In this document: positions 13,359 through 28,078 of the stretch, in pieces
Layout of the letters: each line of letters begins with the position of its first letter
Numbering within the stretch: position 1 is the stretch's first letter
Assembly (NCBI GenBank): GCA_951406725.2
Contig: OX597816.1
Coordinates: 80,848,001-80,912,000 of the forward strand
DNA from: Octopus vulgaris
Taxonomy: Eukaryota
Reading direction: 5' to 3'
DNA: 64,000 nucleotides
Notes under the pieces: generated by a model
Seen by the model: the letters and a program-made list of their open reading frames with translations, nothing else
The model's database searches: none
Told to the model about the DNA's origin: nothing
Made by a program: the position numbers and the translations under genes

Positions 13359-15039
13359 ATTGTAATATATATAATATTAAAATTCAAATGGTTAAATATA
13401 CTGTGATACTGAGCAAAATGTTTGTCTTGTTCATCTGATACTATACTTGTAGGCAAAGTACCGGAAAAAAACAAAAGAAAATATTAAGGCCTAAAATATG
13501 AACTTCAGAGAATTTAGAATTGCCGTAAAGTTTTGATTATCTCAGTTCTAAAGTGAATCTTAGACAGTATTACAAGAAGTTTAAATGATTAGTAGATTTT
13601 GCATATCGAGGTAAATGTTTTCATTTTCTATAAACATGCTTTTTTGGCAGAGCAAGAACTAGAAGAAAGGTGCCAGGTGCATGGCGTTGATGATGCAGCT
13701 TGATATATAGCAATCCAATACCGACAGAGCAGCGTATAGGGTGTTTACATCTGCATTGATGCTTGGCTCAGCAGTATGATTTTGCAGTGGACCAGAAATG
13801 ATACCGGCATATTTTTGACATTCGTTCAGACATTGTTGTGATAGGAAATTGATATTGAAGTGTTACATTACATGTGTAACCATCCCAGACGACCACCAAA
13901 TAGATAGCAAGCAGTCGGTAGAAATTTATAACTCTTCTCGAGAATAGTAACTGGAGTCTCTAGTTCCATCACGAATAAGTTCGTAACACACACCAACGAG
14001 CTAGTATAACACCTAATATTACAGGTTTTCAAAAACGACTACTACTGAAACTGCCGATATCCGACGAAAATTAATCTCTACCTAAGATCATTTAATGTGG
14101 TAAAAAGTACCAAGTATGTATAAAGGAATAATTATACCAATAATAATAGTGACTGAAGCTCAAGTCCACCAATTTATAAGGAGAGCATATTATCCGATAC
14201 CATCAACATCAATGCTTGACTGAGGTTTTATTTTGTAAGTCTTTGCGGATTAAAAGGCAAAATTAGGATTTAAATTCAAAGTGTAAACAGCTGTAATGAA
14301 AGACACTTTGTCCGACGCTCTAACAATTCTGCCAATACGCAGCCTTAAAAAATAATGCAACAGAAAAAGAATACATAGCATATATTGTACGCAGGGAACA
14401 AATGATATAATTATATTGAATCACATATTTGCCAAGTTTAGCTGATACTAAAACGAATCTATATGTCATATTCAAGTTTCAAGTCATTTGGCTAAATTTC
14501 ACAGGTAAATGAAACAACTATTTAATGTAGGAAGATATGAGAGGATAAATGAAATTCCAAAAAATGCCATTTCGACAATTTTGGAGTACTTTTTAGAACA
14601 TTTGTAACAGCAGACATATTTTTCTAGATATCCAGTAAAGAGGAATATTTCTTCACCCTAAAAACAAATTCATATCTATCTTCCATAACTCGCTTACTCT
14701 CATAAAACTAACTGTATTCGATGTTGTACAGCGAAGACTACACTTCTTTTGTTTTCTACAACGTCTCTATGTTTCTTTATCCTCCCCTTAATCTTATTTA
14801 TTCTTTCCCCTCCTGTTTTATTAAAGCTCATTATCTATTACTCTATGAATATCGTGTTGTTTTATTACTCTTTTATTCCCAGTCTATTATCAAAATACGG
14901 TTAACTGTTTCATTTTAATATTCAATTTTGAGACTCGCAGTATATACAAGCTTCGTGTTAATAAAATATTTATCCTCAGTATAAACTTGTAATTTAAACA
15001 AAGTGATCAGTCTTGTGAAAAAACCGTAACGCTAAACTG

Positions 15040-15470
15040 AGTTTCAATTGCAAGTATGAAATCAGCCGGCACCTCAGATTTATACTACACAACATCCTTA
15101 TTCTCTTCTCTGCTATATACGGCTCAGAAACATGGACGTTAAAATCCAAATACACACGCGGACAGACTAGAAAGTTTTAAAATAGGGAGCTTGCAGTTTA
15201 TATCAAGGATATTATTACGAAACACTTGTAGAAATACTTCCATAGAAAAAAGAAAAAATCTTTTCACGTGATACACACCATTACTGAGATAGTAAGATAG
15301 AAGAGACTGAGATCAGAAATAGAGCATACAGGTGTTCTGAAAAGATTTTATAACCCCAGGCCACGTGATAGAATCCTCAGATCACAGCGGCACGCAGACC
15401 ATCTAAACAAAAAGGGTGGCGATATTATAACTAATAAAAGAGACAGATGGACCGGAGAGGACCAAGCAGC
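15040..15470 (+). mobile_element. Decayed RTE-clade LINE fragment
   Basis: TAC GGC TCA GAA ACA TGG ACG TTA AAA at 15118 reads YGSETWTLK, the hallmark post-RT motif of RTE elements. Surrounding frames are disrupted and the boundaries are approximate. Confidence 0.6.
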
Positions 15471-16990
15471 TAAGCCAACTGTTAAGTGCAACAAAGGTGT
15501 ACTTGGGAAGTCTGGGAATGGGCATTTGTGCTACATGATCATTCCACAGCAACCAGAATTTATTCAGAAAGCATACATACTTGACATATTAGCTCTCGAG
15601 CATAGTCCTATTAAGAATTTCACCCTGCCACTTGATGTCAAGAATTTTTCGCAGGCATGTCAAGGGAAAACGATTAAATGTTTCTCGATGTCTTTGATAA
15701 ACCGCCCAGTAGCATAGTCATGACGGCAGCTTTCTATCTCTCATCTGTTGTTTTTATGGTCAAACCAAGTTTTTTCTAAACATTTTCTAAGACGGTGAAA
15801 GGCAGAGCTAGCTTTTGATAAGTTTGCGTTCACATCATCATCAATGTGAACACATTGACAGTGTACTTCCAAGGTAGGTAAATCTCTTTACAGTTTCGGG
15901 AGGTTGATTGTTCACTATCAGGAATGTTAAACGTAATGTTTTCTGGGAGCGGGCTGATACAGAACTTCAATCTTTTTGACACTGATTGAGACCGCAGTTA
16001 TCGCAAGCTGAATCAAAGCTGTCTAATCTCTGTCGAAGATCTACTTCAAGGTTCGCATTTAGGGCACACTCATCTGCAAAAAGAGCTCCTTTGTTGAAGT
16101 GATCATGATTTTAGTCTTTACTTTCAGGTGGGTGGTCTTAAAAAGAGACCAGCGTCATATTTGTTCTGAGTTGGATATCAGATGTTAATGGGTGAATGGT
16201 ATCGAGAAGCACTCCACTAAACATCAAACCGAAAAGCGAGGGTTACGGCAAAAGGTGCCCAGAATTCTCCATTATTGAAAACACGATATTATATGCCATC
16301 GTGAATCTGATACGCCAAGCAAATAAATTTTTGTGGGCAACCAAATTCCTATATTACTTTCTAGATACCATCTCTGCTTAAAGTATCAAAAGTTTTATTC
16401 AAGCCGATAGATATAGAGTAGAGGCTGTTGCACTATGGAATGTTTCCTTCTTTTGTTTTTATAGGGATGTACAATGCCGACATTTTTGCATTCTTGAGCA
16501 TTTACTTCGTGCTCCTACACTGTAGTAAATAGGACAGGTATTTTCTGTCCGTCATGTTTGTAGATCTCAACAATTGCACTGGACCTAGAGTCGTTGCCGT
16601 TGGTTAGTCCCTTGATAGCCAATTAAGTTTTGCCAAGTGTAGGTGGATCACTTGCCTGCTAGTTAGCAGACACCTGAGGCAGCCGGTTTATTGCTTCTAC
16701 ATTTATATGAGGGATGTAGTTAAGACAAAGTCAAGGTGTTCTGACCATCGTTTTCGTATCCGTGATTTCTGCCAGTAAAGACAAACCACCAGAGCTGAGC
16801 AGGGTGGCAGTCTTCGATTTTGTTTATGGGAAGAGAGCATATAAAACATACACACACACACACAACACACAACACGCACACACACACACACACACTCACA
16901 CACATACACACGCAGAACACACACATTCACAACATAAACACAACACATACACACACACAAACACACATATATGCATGCATGTAATTACAG

Positions 16991-17035
<45 letters not shown>

Positions 17036-17904
17036 TATGTATACACACTCGCGAACAACAAACATGAATACACACACACACACACACATTCACTCGCACA
17101 CACACAGATACACGCACACTGAATGCTGCTTAACAGAAAGTATTTACTGTAAAAATAAGTTCGTCGAAAACTAGGCCATGTATTTTGACAGGTATTTCAA
17201 CCCTGACAGAATACGTATTCCTTACAGCAGCATCACCGGCAACAGAGACAGCAGTAGTAGTTCCTGTTGCCCTTGATGTTGTAGCAGCAACTGCAGCAGC
17301 AGCAATAGTGGCTGGCGTATTGATAAAAGTAACAGCAAGCATAGCAGCCACAACCGCAACAACAACAATCGCAAAAGTATTATCAACTGCAATGGCATCA
17401 AATAGTTATTCAACTGGAATTGAACGTCTTTTTATCGTTTCATTTTTAATTCCCTCTTAGGTTTCATTTTCCTTCCTTTCTCCATGTTATAAGGAAGAAT
17501 GATCCAACCTCCCTTTGATAATTTTCCTACTGGAAAAGTAAAATTCAAGTTAGTTTATGAATTATGAGTCTAATGATTATAATAAATAAAATCTCGCAAC
17601 CATTTTCCTTTCAGATGTTCATCTTTGTTATTGTTGTGGCTGTCGTTGTTATTGCTTAGCATTAGTTCGGTTCAGACTGAGCAAACGTATGATTAGCATA
17701 TAAAGATAGTTTACCTCAGTCTACAATACTGATGTACAGCTAAATAAAACAATGCGATTCTTAACAATTCTTTCTTATCACAACACCTCAAACAACCACT
17801 ACACCATTGCAGCATCCTTTTTCTTATTTTATTTCATAATTTGCATTATATTTATTCCATTATCTTTTATTTTATCTATTTCTCACACTCCATCCCCATA
17901 TACA

Positions 17905-17922
17905 TACATGTATATACGTATG

Positions 17923-17956
<34 letters not shown>

Positions 17957-18207
17957 TGTATGTATGTATGTACGTATGTATGTATGTATGTACGTACGTA
18001 TGTACGTATGTATGTACGTATGTACGTACGTATGTACGTATGTATGTACGTATCTACGTACGTATGTATGTAAGTATGTATGTACGTACGTATGTATGTA
18101 TGTATGTATGTATGTATGTACTTACGTACGTACGTATGTATGTATGTATGTATGTATGTATGTATGTATGTATGTATGTATGCATGTATGTATGCATGTA
18201 TGTATGT
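17905..18207. repeat. Compound (TATG)n/(TACG)n microsatellite
   Basis: Read directly. Confidence 0.95.
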
Positions 18208-19782
18208 CTAAACATATATACATATCTTTAGATAGATACAGAATATGAAGACAGAGTATCGTTATTCTATAGAAATTGTTTATTAGAAGATAAGGCGATA
18301 GGGGGGGTAAGAGTTATAGATAACTGGTAAATATATGGTGCACGCTACAACTAGTATTTATCTGCGTTAATTAGAAGACGAAGACAAACATTTTGATTAT
18401 CGTATCAAAAATTGATCCAATAATTAAAATAGATTATAGCTACCTTTTTGACAAGATTAATTCTATGGCAATATTTTCATTGCTATTTTGCTCTTGCCGT
18501 CAAAAATGATGGCTATTTCCGTTATATTCTTTAGATGGATTTTCATTATAGTCATAACATTTAGAATTTTTAACTGATTTAATTTTAAGTTACTTCTAGT
18601 CTGTTCAATCATGTTTATAGACTATATAGCAATTTTTCAAAAGTTTCTCTACGTTTCAACCGTTTAATTTATGCTCATAAACCATAACTACCTTTTCCCT
18701 GCATCACCTTCATCACCTCGGCCACTTCTTAATGCTGGTTTCGAGGATCCTAGCAGAAAAGAGTTGGCATTTTCTTTTATATAGGATGTTGGTCTATATT
18801 AGGTCATGTCTCCTACGTGATGAACTGAAGTTGGTAAGGCAAAATAATGTTTCGTGTTTTAGTTTTGTGATTCTAGTTTCTGGATGGGCTGATCAAACCT
18901 ATTACACTTCTGGAAAATAATTATCCTCAGAATAGTCACTGCGTTAATCAACGAGTAGCTTCTATGTGGTTGCTTGGTTCGCTAGAGGCAGCAGCCACAC
19001 CATCCTCAAATTACACCCTACTATCTTAAAAGTGAACGGAGGATTCAATACAAAAGTATTAGACAGATACAACGTGTTTAATAAAATGTAGGGATGGTTA
19101 TATCAGGAAGTGGAATAACATTAATTATATGTCAACTCGGTCAATACCTGGCCTAGGGTTAAATAATAAAATATCAACTGTAATCTACTCTCTAAAACAC
19201 TTGGCCATGTGCCTAAGCAATATTCACCATTACAGCAATAGATGACCTGTTGATTAAATAAAAGAAGAACACCTAGTACATTCTTAACAATAATTGCTTT
19301 CGTTCTTTTACGCTCCGAGTTCAAATCCTGTTGATTTTTATCATTCATCACACCATTATATTGTAAAAGGAATATATAAGATACTGACCAAGATATAAGA
19401 TTCTTTAATTGTATGCATTCTTCAACTTGGCATCTTGTTTCACAAACATGAGCCAGAAGATAACATACATTTCACTTTACACTCTAGCCATAAAACTTCT
19501 GATATTTCTTTCGCTATAGAGAATTAATCGATCGATTCAGCAGAGATTAGTTGCCGGGAAGTATTCCATAAATATCAGTTGCTCTTCGATTGATTCTCTC
19601 TGTTATCTTAAGGTAAGCATAATGATGGATCATCGTTTTAAGGAGAGTGAACAGGAATTCCACCACACTCTACTGGTGTCGACAGAAGATATATTACTAT
19701 CAATAAGTTATTTACTGAAGTCTATCTTTATTCTCATGATAACACACTACATACCTATACACGCACACATGTACATACACAA

Positions 19783-19820
<38 letters not shown>

Positions 19821-20587
19821 GTCAATATTTGTGTGTATGTAAGTGTAGTATATACATATATATATATGTATATGTATGCATGTATGTATATATATATATG
19901 TGTGTGTGTGTGTATATATATATATATGTATATATATGAAATATGAATATATAAATACACATATATAATGTACATATATATGTAGTAATTCCTTTTCTCC
20001 TCCTCTCTTTTTTTTTCTCTCTCTCTCTCCTTCTAGCTATTTATCTATTGAAAAGTCTACAATTCTCACTCATTCTCGCAGTTCTTCATTGACACCCTCA
20101 CTTTCTCATCTGCATCAAACCTTCCCGTTTTTCTGCTTTAGGAACACACGGTCACACACAACGGATATGCTAATTTTGACGCATAAGCATATGTTATATA
20201 TAGATACGAAACATAGAAGGATGTGCGTTACTGTCAGATTTCAACAATCCCATCTTTACACCAAGCACCTATAGCTTGGTATATATATATATATATAGGT
20301 GAGTAATAGAACATCCACCCGTGAAAATATTGTGAAAATCTACCCGGTGATTTGCGAATGTGTCTAGAATTCTTTCTTTTTTTTTAAGCTGTCCGAACAG
20401 CAATTCGCAGAGGCTACTTCAAAACCCACCTCCAGTTCCTTCATCCATTTAACTAGTGATATAAAAATTACTGATTTTTTTTACATACAGCGACATCACT
20501 GATGACATTGAAACATCAACTTCCACGCCATAACCTTGGTATAATGGTGACACCAAATAAATATGCATGCATATTGCCTCTTTGAAT

Positions 20588-20785
20588 GTATGTATGTATG
20601 TATGTATGTATGTATGTATGTATGTATGTATGTATGTATGTATGTATGTATGTAGGCATGTATGTAGGCATGTATGTATGTATGTAGGTAGTTACTAGGT
20701 AGGTAGGTAGGCAGGTAGGTAGGTAGGTAGGTAGGTAGGTAGGTAGGTGAGTACGTGTACGTACGTACGTACGCGTGTGTATGTA
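20588..20785. repeat. Compound (TATG)n/(TAGG)n/(TACG)n microsatellite
   Basis: Read directly. Confidence 0.93.
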
Positions 20786-21147
20786 AGCATACTTTTCTTT
20801 GAATTCAATTTAGGTTCTTGAAAGAGTTCAAACCAGTTGCTAACAAAGCCAACAAGACCCTTTGAGTTGAGAGAGTTCCTGGTGTTTGTAAATATGAGGT
20901 TCAGTTGGTATGTTGGTTGAACTGTCGATGCATACATCCAAGTGTATGCATCTTTTCACATAAGAATCCCACATGGAAAATTTCTAGAATGTCTTTTGCC
21001 ACCAAGAGATTAGATTTGGAGAATTTGCTTCAGTTTCGTTTGCTCTTTTTCCATGGTATGTACGTATGTGTGTATGTATAAGCGCATGTCTCTTTTTATC
21101 TGTGTCTGTATGTATGTATGTATGTATGTATGTATGTATGTATGTAC

Positions 21148-21690
21148 ATTTGTGCTACTGGTAATATGCAACCCAGTACAACCTGTTGCATGGTCGGGTC
21201 GTTGGCGACTAAACCGGCAACCCCAACAAGCTTGCTTGGGGAGAAGGGTGTTCATTGGACACCCTGCGGGATGAAAAACAAAACCCGTCAAAGGGCGGAG
21301 GAACACTTGAGAGTCAACGGCCATCCAATAAATGGCTTAAGGCTGTATCATGCGCGGGGACATAGAAATAATCGGACTGAATACCCGATCGCGCGGTTAA
21401 ACCATTGGGAGTGAAGGACTCCTAACCTTTGTTAGGGCATCCTTCTAGAAGAAGGTAACTCAGGAAACTGGGATAACTCCGACATAAAACCTGCGGCTCA
21501 GTGGTTACCGATGATGTTGACTTGTTCTTCTTTTCAGATTATGGCTGCTGTTGCTTAGTGAGTGGGATTGACTCAGTGCACAGCCTTTCCTCACTTTAAA
21601 AAAAATCTTCTTGCACAGGCATTGCACGATAACAACACTGATTAAGCTTCGTGCAATGGCCATACTCGATGACGAGGGGGCAGCCACCAT
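21148..21690 (+). mobile_element. Probable non-autonomous RTE-derived (bipartite 5'UTR+3'UTR) retroelement in (TATG)n
   Basis: GC-richer island with no RT ORF. AGGGCATCCTTCTAGAAGAAGGTAACTC (21434-21461) resembles the RTE 5'-UTR motif, and the 3' end CTCGATGACGAGGGGGCAGCCACCAT resembles RTE tails. Confidence 0.5.
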
Positions 21691-22605
21691 GTACGTATGT
21701 ATGTATGTAGGTAGTTAGGTAGTAGGTAGGTAGATAGGTAGGTAGGTAGCGAGGGAGGGAGGAGGAAGATGGGTGGGTGGGTGGGTACGTAAGTAGATAC
21801 GTGGGTAGGTAGGTAGGCAGGTACGTAGGTAGGTGTCATTACAATTTAAAGAAGTCATCAGTCACAGGTAAAGGGAAACGCAAACGTGTTTACACAGCAT
21901 TCATGAAAGGTTAGAATGGCGATGAACTGACCAAGTCACTTTACAATGTCGGATAGAATATTTCTGATAGTATCATGTTCCCTAAGATCAGATCTCGCCC
22001 TTGTCAACTTTGCATTTTAACCTCTCGGGAGTGAACATATAAGATAGATATGCAGAGTTGAAGATTAGCGGAAATATTAGGGCGTCGGATATGATTTCAT
22101 GCGGAATCTTCGTTCATGACGTTCAAACAGCCACTACTCCAACGACATCGGTATCAAGCAGCAGCAACTTTTAATATTTCTTTTCTACGATAGAAATGGT
22201 TATGTGAAGAAGGACAACGAATGATCTTACATGAAAAGAAACTATTCCCCATTCTGCACAGAGAAAAGGAATTTCTCAGTTACGGACACGAACACGGTCT
22301 TATAAAATATAAAAGGATTGTGATCTCAGAGTTTAGCGTCGTATTCTAGACATATCAAAGCAAGGACGTAATTCGTGCTTGCCTATACAACTCGAATATA
22401 AATGTATGGCTTTGCCAGGTATGTAATCTCGTCATACGCTTCAACTTAGACGTTATTCATGTACAAATTTTGCATGACAATTAAGTGTTGCATTTAAACA
22501 GAGAATTACTAATTAGAATCTATTATAAATGCACGAATACATTCACTCACTCTCAAACACACACACACAATATATATATATGCACACACAATACTTGTAT
22601 AATGA

Positions 22606-22645
<40 letters not shown>

Positions 22646-22672
22646 TATGCACACACAATACTTGTATAATAA

Positions 22673-22713
<41 letters not shown>

Positions 22714-22717
22714 AGAA

Positions 22718-22945
22718 GGCGGCGAGCTGGTAGAAACGTTAGCACGCCGGGCGAAATTCGTAGCCGTATTTCGTCTGTCGTTACGTTCCGAGTTCAAATT
22801 CCGCCGAGGTCGACTTTGCCTTTCATCCTTTCGGGGTCGATAAATTAAGTACCAGTTACGCACTGGGGTCGATGTAGTCGACTTAATCCCTTTGTCTGTC
22901 CTTGTTTGTCCCCTCTGTGTTTAGCCCCTTGTGGGTAGTAAAGAA
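22718..22945 (+). mobile_element. Young full-length SINE family A with target-site duplication
   Basis: GGCGGCGAGCTGGTAGAAACGTTAGC head and GAGTTCAAATTCC B-box; flanked by the direct repeat (AT)nAAACAG (ending 22715 and 22963). Confidence 0.92.
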
Positions 22946-23151
22946 ATATATATATATAAACAGTTAAACAGGCAGAGATATGTATTTATAAGTACACATA
23001 TAGATGCTAATGTGTGTGTATGTGTGTGAGAATGTGTATGTGTGTGCATAATTCCAAACAAAAGGAAAAGAGTGCTCAATACTTAGAAGTTACAGTGGAG
23101 CGTTAACGTTCCCGCATATTACATGTTAAGTCTTTTACACGACATTTGATT

Positions 23152-23441
23152 TGACCCAATGGCTCGGGTGTTGCACTTACGATCTCGAAATCGCGGTCCC
23201 AATTTGTAGACTGAGTAGTACGTTGCGTTCTTGAGCAAAACACTTCATCTCACGATGCTCTGCGATCAGTTAGAAACCTGATGCGTTGTACACTGTGCAC
23301 CTGTTCAGGCAACGTCGATTTGATGGAGGGAGTGAGCTAATGTACAGCCCAAACATTTGATCTCTTTAAACAAATCATTTGTGCAAGTCGTACGGCAAAA
23401 AGCTGAACGTTCATACACCGTCTTCGACAAGAGAGTCCATC

Positions 23442-23443
<2 letters not shown>
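23152..23443 (+). mobile_element. Older tRNA-derived SINE (family D)
   Basis: Degenerate tRNA-like head, GTTCTTGAGCAAAACACTTCATCTCAC central box, and a tail ending CGTCTTCGACAAGAGAGTCCATCAT before (TG)n. Confidence 0.6.
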
Positions 23444-23505
<62 letters not shown>

Positions 23506-24115
23506 TCATTGTTCTTAAACAAGATTATTATTGACAGAGACTTCGAAGTTTCGGTTAGTTAAGCCATTTTATATATTTACACACATAAATCCATACAGAC
23601 ATTCGCATGTTTATACGAGTGTATAGCTATGTTTTACAAACGAAAATAAATGTAAATTGTATCCCGATAGTTACGTCGCAATATAACAAGTTTTTATTGA
23701 ATCTTGAGAAAAATTTCAAAAATAATAAATCTCGTTATGCGTATTTGACAATCATCATTAAAATTTGTTCAGGTGAGTGGTAGGTAAACCGGGTGCTAGA
23801 ATGTTTTCTGCAGGGCATATCGGCAATTAATGATTTCATTAGGTTACTCAAGGGATTATTTTTACATGCTTTCTTTTCCCTCTCTCCCCCTCCCTCTCTC
23901 TCTCTCTCTTTCTCACTCTCTCGTTTTCTCTTAACTTGCTCTACACTCCTCCCTTACTCCTATTTCCTTTCTAGATTTTAGCCTTTTAAATATGCTGCTG
24001 TTCTTCGTGTTTCAATATTATTTACTTCAATTTTAAGTAGAAATAGCCAACAGCTTTTCATGTCTTACATTACATTCAGTATTCTTCTCAGCTCCTCTAT
24101 ATGTGCGTTTAGTAC

Positions 24116-24176
<61 letters not shown>

Positions 24177-25743
24177 ATACATATCACCTTCTATCTACAG
24201 CTATTCGTGTCTTCCCATCTTTCTATTTTGTTTAGGTTTTGTCAGCTTATCACTCTCTTTTCCCTTGTACGTATGTATGTATGTATGTATGTATGTTCGC
24301 CATCATTGTCCTCCCCAGCATTCTTCTGCTGTCTTCATTTCCTTTTAAATAATTATCGGAACTGAGTTTGAATTAAATGTCACAGAGAAAGACGATAAAT
24401 AAAGAGACCGAGAGAGTGATAGGGAAGGAAAGAAAGACAGAAAGGAAGGAGCAAGATTACTAAATGTTCTAATGCCTCACCACATGATGTGTACGAGTGT
24501 ACCTTTATATTTGAACAGACATACACATATATACGCTCAATGCATACATGCACATATATAAACACATGCATACGTACAAAAATACAAAAATACATACATA
24601 CATACATACATACATACATACTCGCCTACACCATTGTGTGTTGAGCAATTAGTCACTTCCAGTCATTTTCCTCTGCAATATATGTATATATATATATGTA
24701 TGTATATGTATTATTACGTTGACTTATATATGTGGGTATTTTTTTTACAATTCTTTAAATGACATGCGAGTGAGAGAGAATGGGTAGAGGGAGAGACGCT
24801 CAAGATTTGAAAGAGAGGAAGAAAGAAGAAAGTCTGAAATTCCATAGATGATTTCAAGTCAACGAAAGACATGATTCCTAGCCGTTGTTTCCTTATATTC
24901 AACATTTATCTTTCGTTAGGCGAAAAGTGATTACCGTGGTATTTCGAGCATATCCCGAAATGAAACGCGGAATCTGAAAGTAGCTTTAATTTGATTTACT
25001 GTAGAGTCTAACATAAGAGCAAATGAGAAGGCGTGATTGAAAACTAAGTATTTGGAGATTGAAGCCATCAGGAAGACAACACATTGCAGATTACAGCGTG
25101 GCCTGTCAGATTATTGAGTAAGAATCCAATTTTATGACGAGTTATGTAATACAACCTACCGTAAATTGCTGCTGTCTGTGAGTCTGTCAAAAATATGATT
25201 GCAATCCAGCTCATAATATATTGAATTATATAATGTAACTAAGTACACAAGATAACCTATAAGGGAGCAGAGAGCAAAGCAACACGTTCGAAATGGAACT
25301 GGGGAATGCATATTCCGATCTTATACGATAAGAATGTGAAGAATTCAGGCCGCCTCCCTGACAACTATATGAAATAGTGAATTGTAGATAACATGCATGG
25401 GTATTTAATACGATAGATTTCAGTTCACTATTTCAGAAGATACCGAGCAAGACAGAAATGTTGAAAGTGGCAGAGTTTTCTCTAAAATGCTACTTTAAAA
25501 ATAATACCTACCAATACGTTACAAACAACTGAGTCAGGTGAAGTAAATGTTTGATACATTTTAAGTATATTGTGAAGAGACGAAAGATGAGTTTGATTCC
25601 TGTCATATTTGAAGCTTCGGAACTAAATGAACGAACCTTCTTTTTAGTGTCTGGATGAAATAATGTTAGGAATTGAATTCGGTATCTACTATGCCTGCAC
25701 ACGCAGGCATGCATACATCCATACATACATATTCATAGGTGTG

Positions 25744-25774
<31 letters not shown>

Positions 25775-26851
25775 AGGACGTATAAAAGTAAATGTGGTAG
25801 CTTTATATAGCTTTGTAATTTTTAAGTACGTACCTACGTTTGGCAGAGCATGAATATTTAATTTTGTGTGCTTAATCAATAATTTAATTTCTTAGTTCAA
25901 GATAGACTTTCTAGGCTTCAAAAACTGCCGATAGTATTTAGTCACGTATAAATTGACCCCTTATCTAAAAGTCACCAGTGATTGATATGGAGTTTATAGC
26001 TATATTTTTCTAAAACCTGATAAATGTTACTAGTTTCGTGTCAAATCGTGTTTTGAAATGTTCTAAATGTTCAATTATAACGGTAGATTTTCCTCTAAAG
26101 TTGCTCAGAATTCTATATAATCAACCCAGTTTTTGCTAACGTTACCAGTAAAAGTATCAGCATATATAACTCATTTTATTCCAGGCAGTTCTTCTGACTG
26201 AGTATACACTTTGTGACGTTAGATGAGAAATGTATGGACTATAATAATAATTAACGAAATTACAGAAACACAACCAAGTCAAAGAGGGAGTTCCATGAAG
26301 GCCACGTGACTTGTTAAAAAAGGACGCAAAAAGTCTCTCAGTTACTGAACCATGTATTTCTAGACACACTGACTGAAAAGGGGACAAGTAAATCTTGTTG
26401 ATCAAATGTATAATTGATCAGGGCTGACCTGAGGCTAAACAACAACAAAAATAAATATATAGCACACAGATGATGGCTAAGTATATAAGGCACTAGACTA
26501 CACATTAATATCTCAAGGATATTGTCTTTTCTCCTATTCTATAAAAAAAATTTGCGCCAGACATCAATTTCCAAAGCTGCAAGTTTTAGCTCTACTTCAA
26601 TTCAGCCGCTGTCAATAGATTTAAGTTAGAAATATCAGAAATATTTTCTTTATTAAGCCCCAAAGACGAGTCTATGAATCAAAATAATGGCGTATATGAA
26701 AGAAAACTTCATGTTTTATATATCAGTAAAGTTTTAAGTTGTTAAACATCTCAGGTGGACTAAATTATATTGTCACCTATAGACGTTTGCGACAAATTTC
26801 TATAATAAATATCTAGATATTCTACACGTGTAGAAATCTGTGAAGTGCGAT

Positions 26852-26895
<44 letters not shown>

Positions 26896-27141
26896 ATATG
26901 TGTGAATGTGTGAGAGCGTGTGTAGGGGAAATATGCATACATATACCCATTTACGAATGTCTACATATATAAATATGTATGTAGTTGGTTGTATTTTATT
27001 ACAAACAATAGCATTAATACAGTAAAATCTTACTCATGCCAGCAAATGATACAGTAGAAAGTTTATTACTATTCATTCTGTGGTTGTCACAATGTCTGCT
27101 CCTACAAATTCTGTAAATTATCGAAAATATCAATAATAACT

Positions 27142-27142
<1 letters not shown>

Positions 27143-27198
<56 letters not shown>

Positions 27199-27209
27199 GT
27201 AGTAGTAGT
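27143..27209. repeat. (TAG)n microsatellite
   Basis: Read directly. Confidence 0.95.
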
Positions 27210-27678
27210 GTCTAAGCACATATCTATAGGTAATAGGTAGAATTCATTGTATTTTTCCCTGTTTTATTACTGGTAATTTTATGAGTGAACGACGGAACTT
27301 TTAGAAGCAGGAATAACACCAAACCTTCCTTTATGTTATTACATCATACCAATTTTCAAAAATAACATAATGAATGATGTAGTCCGGAGTGCATTACGCC
27401 CGACAAAAGATGGAGTGGTAACTTCTGTAATGCTTTTGGTAGAAGGTATTCTCAATCAAATCTGATGTGTAGCTAAACAACTTCAAGACCATCAACAACA
27501 ACTGATAAATCTTTTATCGATTTCTTGTGGCCAAAAAGGCAAAATCTACTTTGAGGAAATTTGAATAGAGAAACAACAACAGAAACTAAACGCTGACATA
27601 TTTCCTATATCTTAGTTTCAGCTATCTCAATGATTTAAAATTTTTAACATTAGCCCTAGAACGTAAAAAAGTTATGAG

Positions 27679-27739
<61 letters not shown>

Positions 27740-27742
<3 letters not shown>

Positions 27743-28024
27743 ATAAGATCGTTAATTTAAAAATAAAATAACGATTTTATCAAGTGGTCAGCATGGTAGA
27801 AATAGCCTTCAAAGGTAATAATTATTAAAATTATAAATTAGGGTATCTAATTAGGGTATCTAAATCCAGAAATCCAGGATCTAGAATTATCCAGTAATTT
27901 TTTACTAGTTTCATCTCGTCTCTTTGTTTTATTTACGTGCTGGTATATGGACAATTAAGGTGGTTTTAGAGTCAAATCATGGCTGCTATTTTCAGCATGG
28001 TGGTATCTCGTAGATACCCTAATT

Positions 28025-28033
<9 letters not shown>
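27740..28033. mobile_element. Non-coding island in (TA)n with a 23-bp perfect inverted repeat
   Basis: AAAATTATAAATTAGGGTATCTA (27827-27849) is the reverse complement of 28011-28033; pure TA runs on both sides. Confidence 0.55.

Positions 28034-28078
<45 letters not shown>

Noticed and set aside
17185-17460. Ala/Thr/Val-rich 91-aa ORF
   Set aside because: Decayed (GCA)/(ACA)/(GTA) trinucleotide low-complexity sequence with no domain or splice support.
20495-20530. CTGATGA-CATT-GAAAC hammerhead-like core
   Set aside because: No stem II pairing, no stem III/NUH closure and no stem I.
22718-22810. tRNA-like sequences at SINE heads as tRNA genes
   Set aside because: A and B boxes are present but there is no complete cloverleaf, and they continue into SINE bodies repeated across the window.
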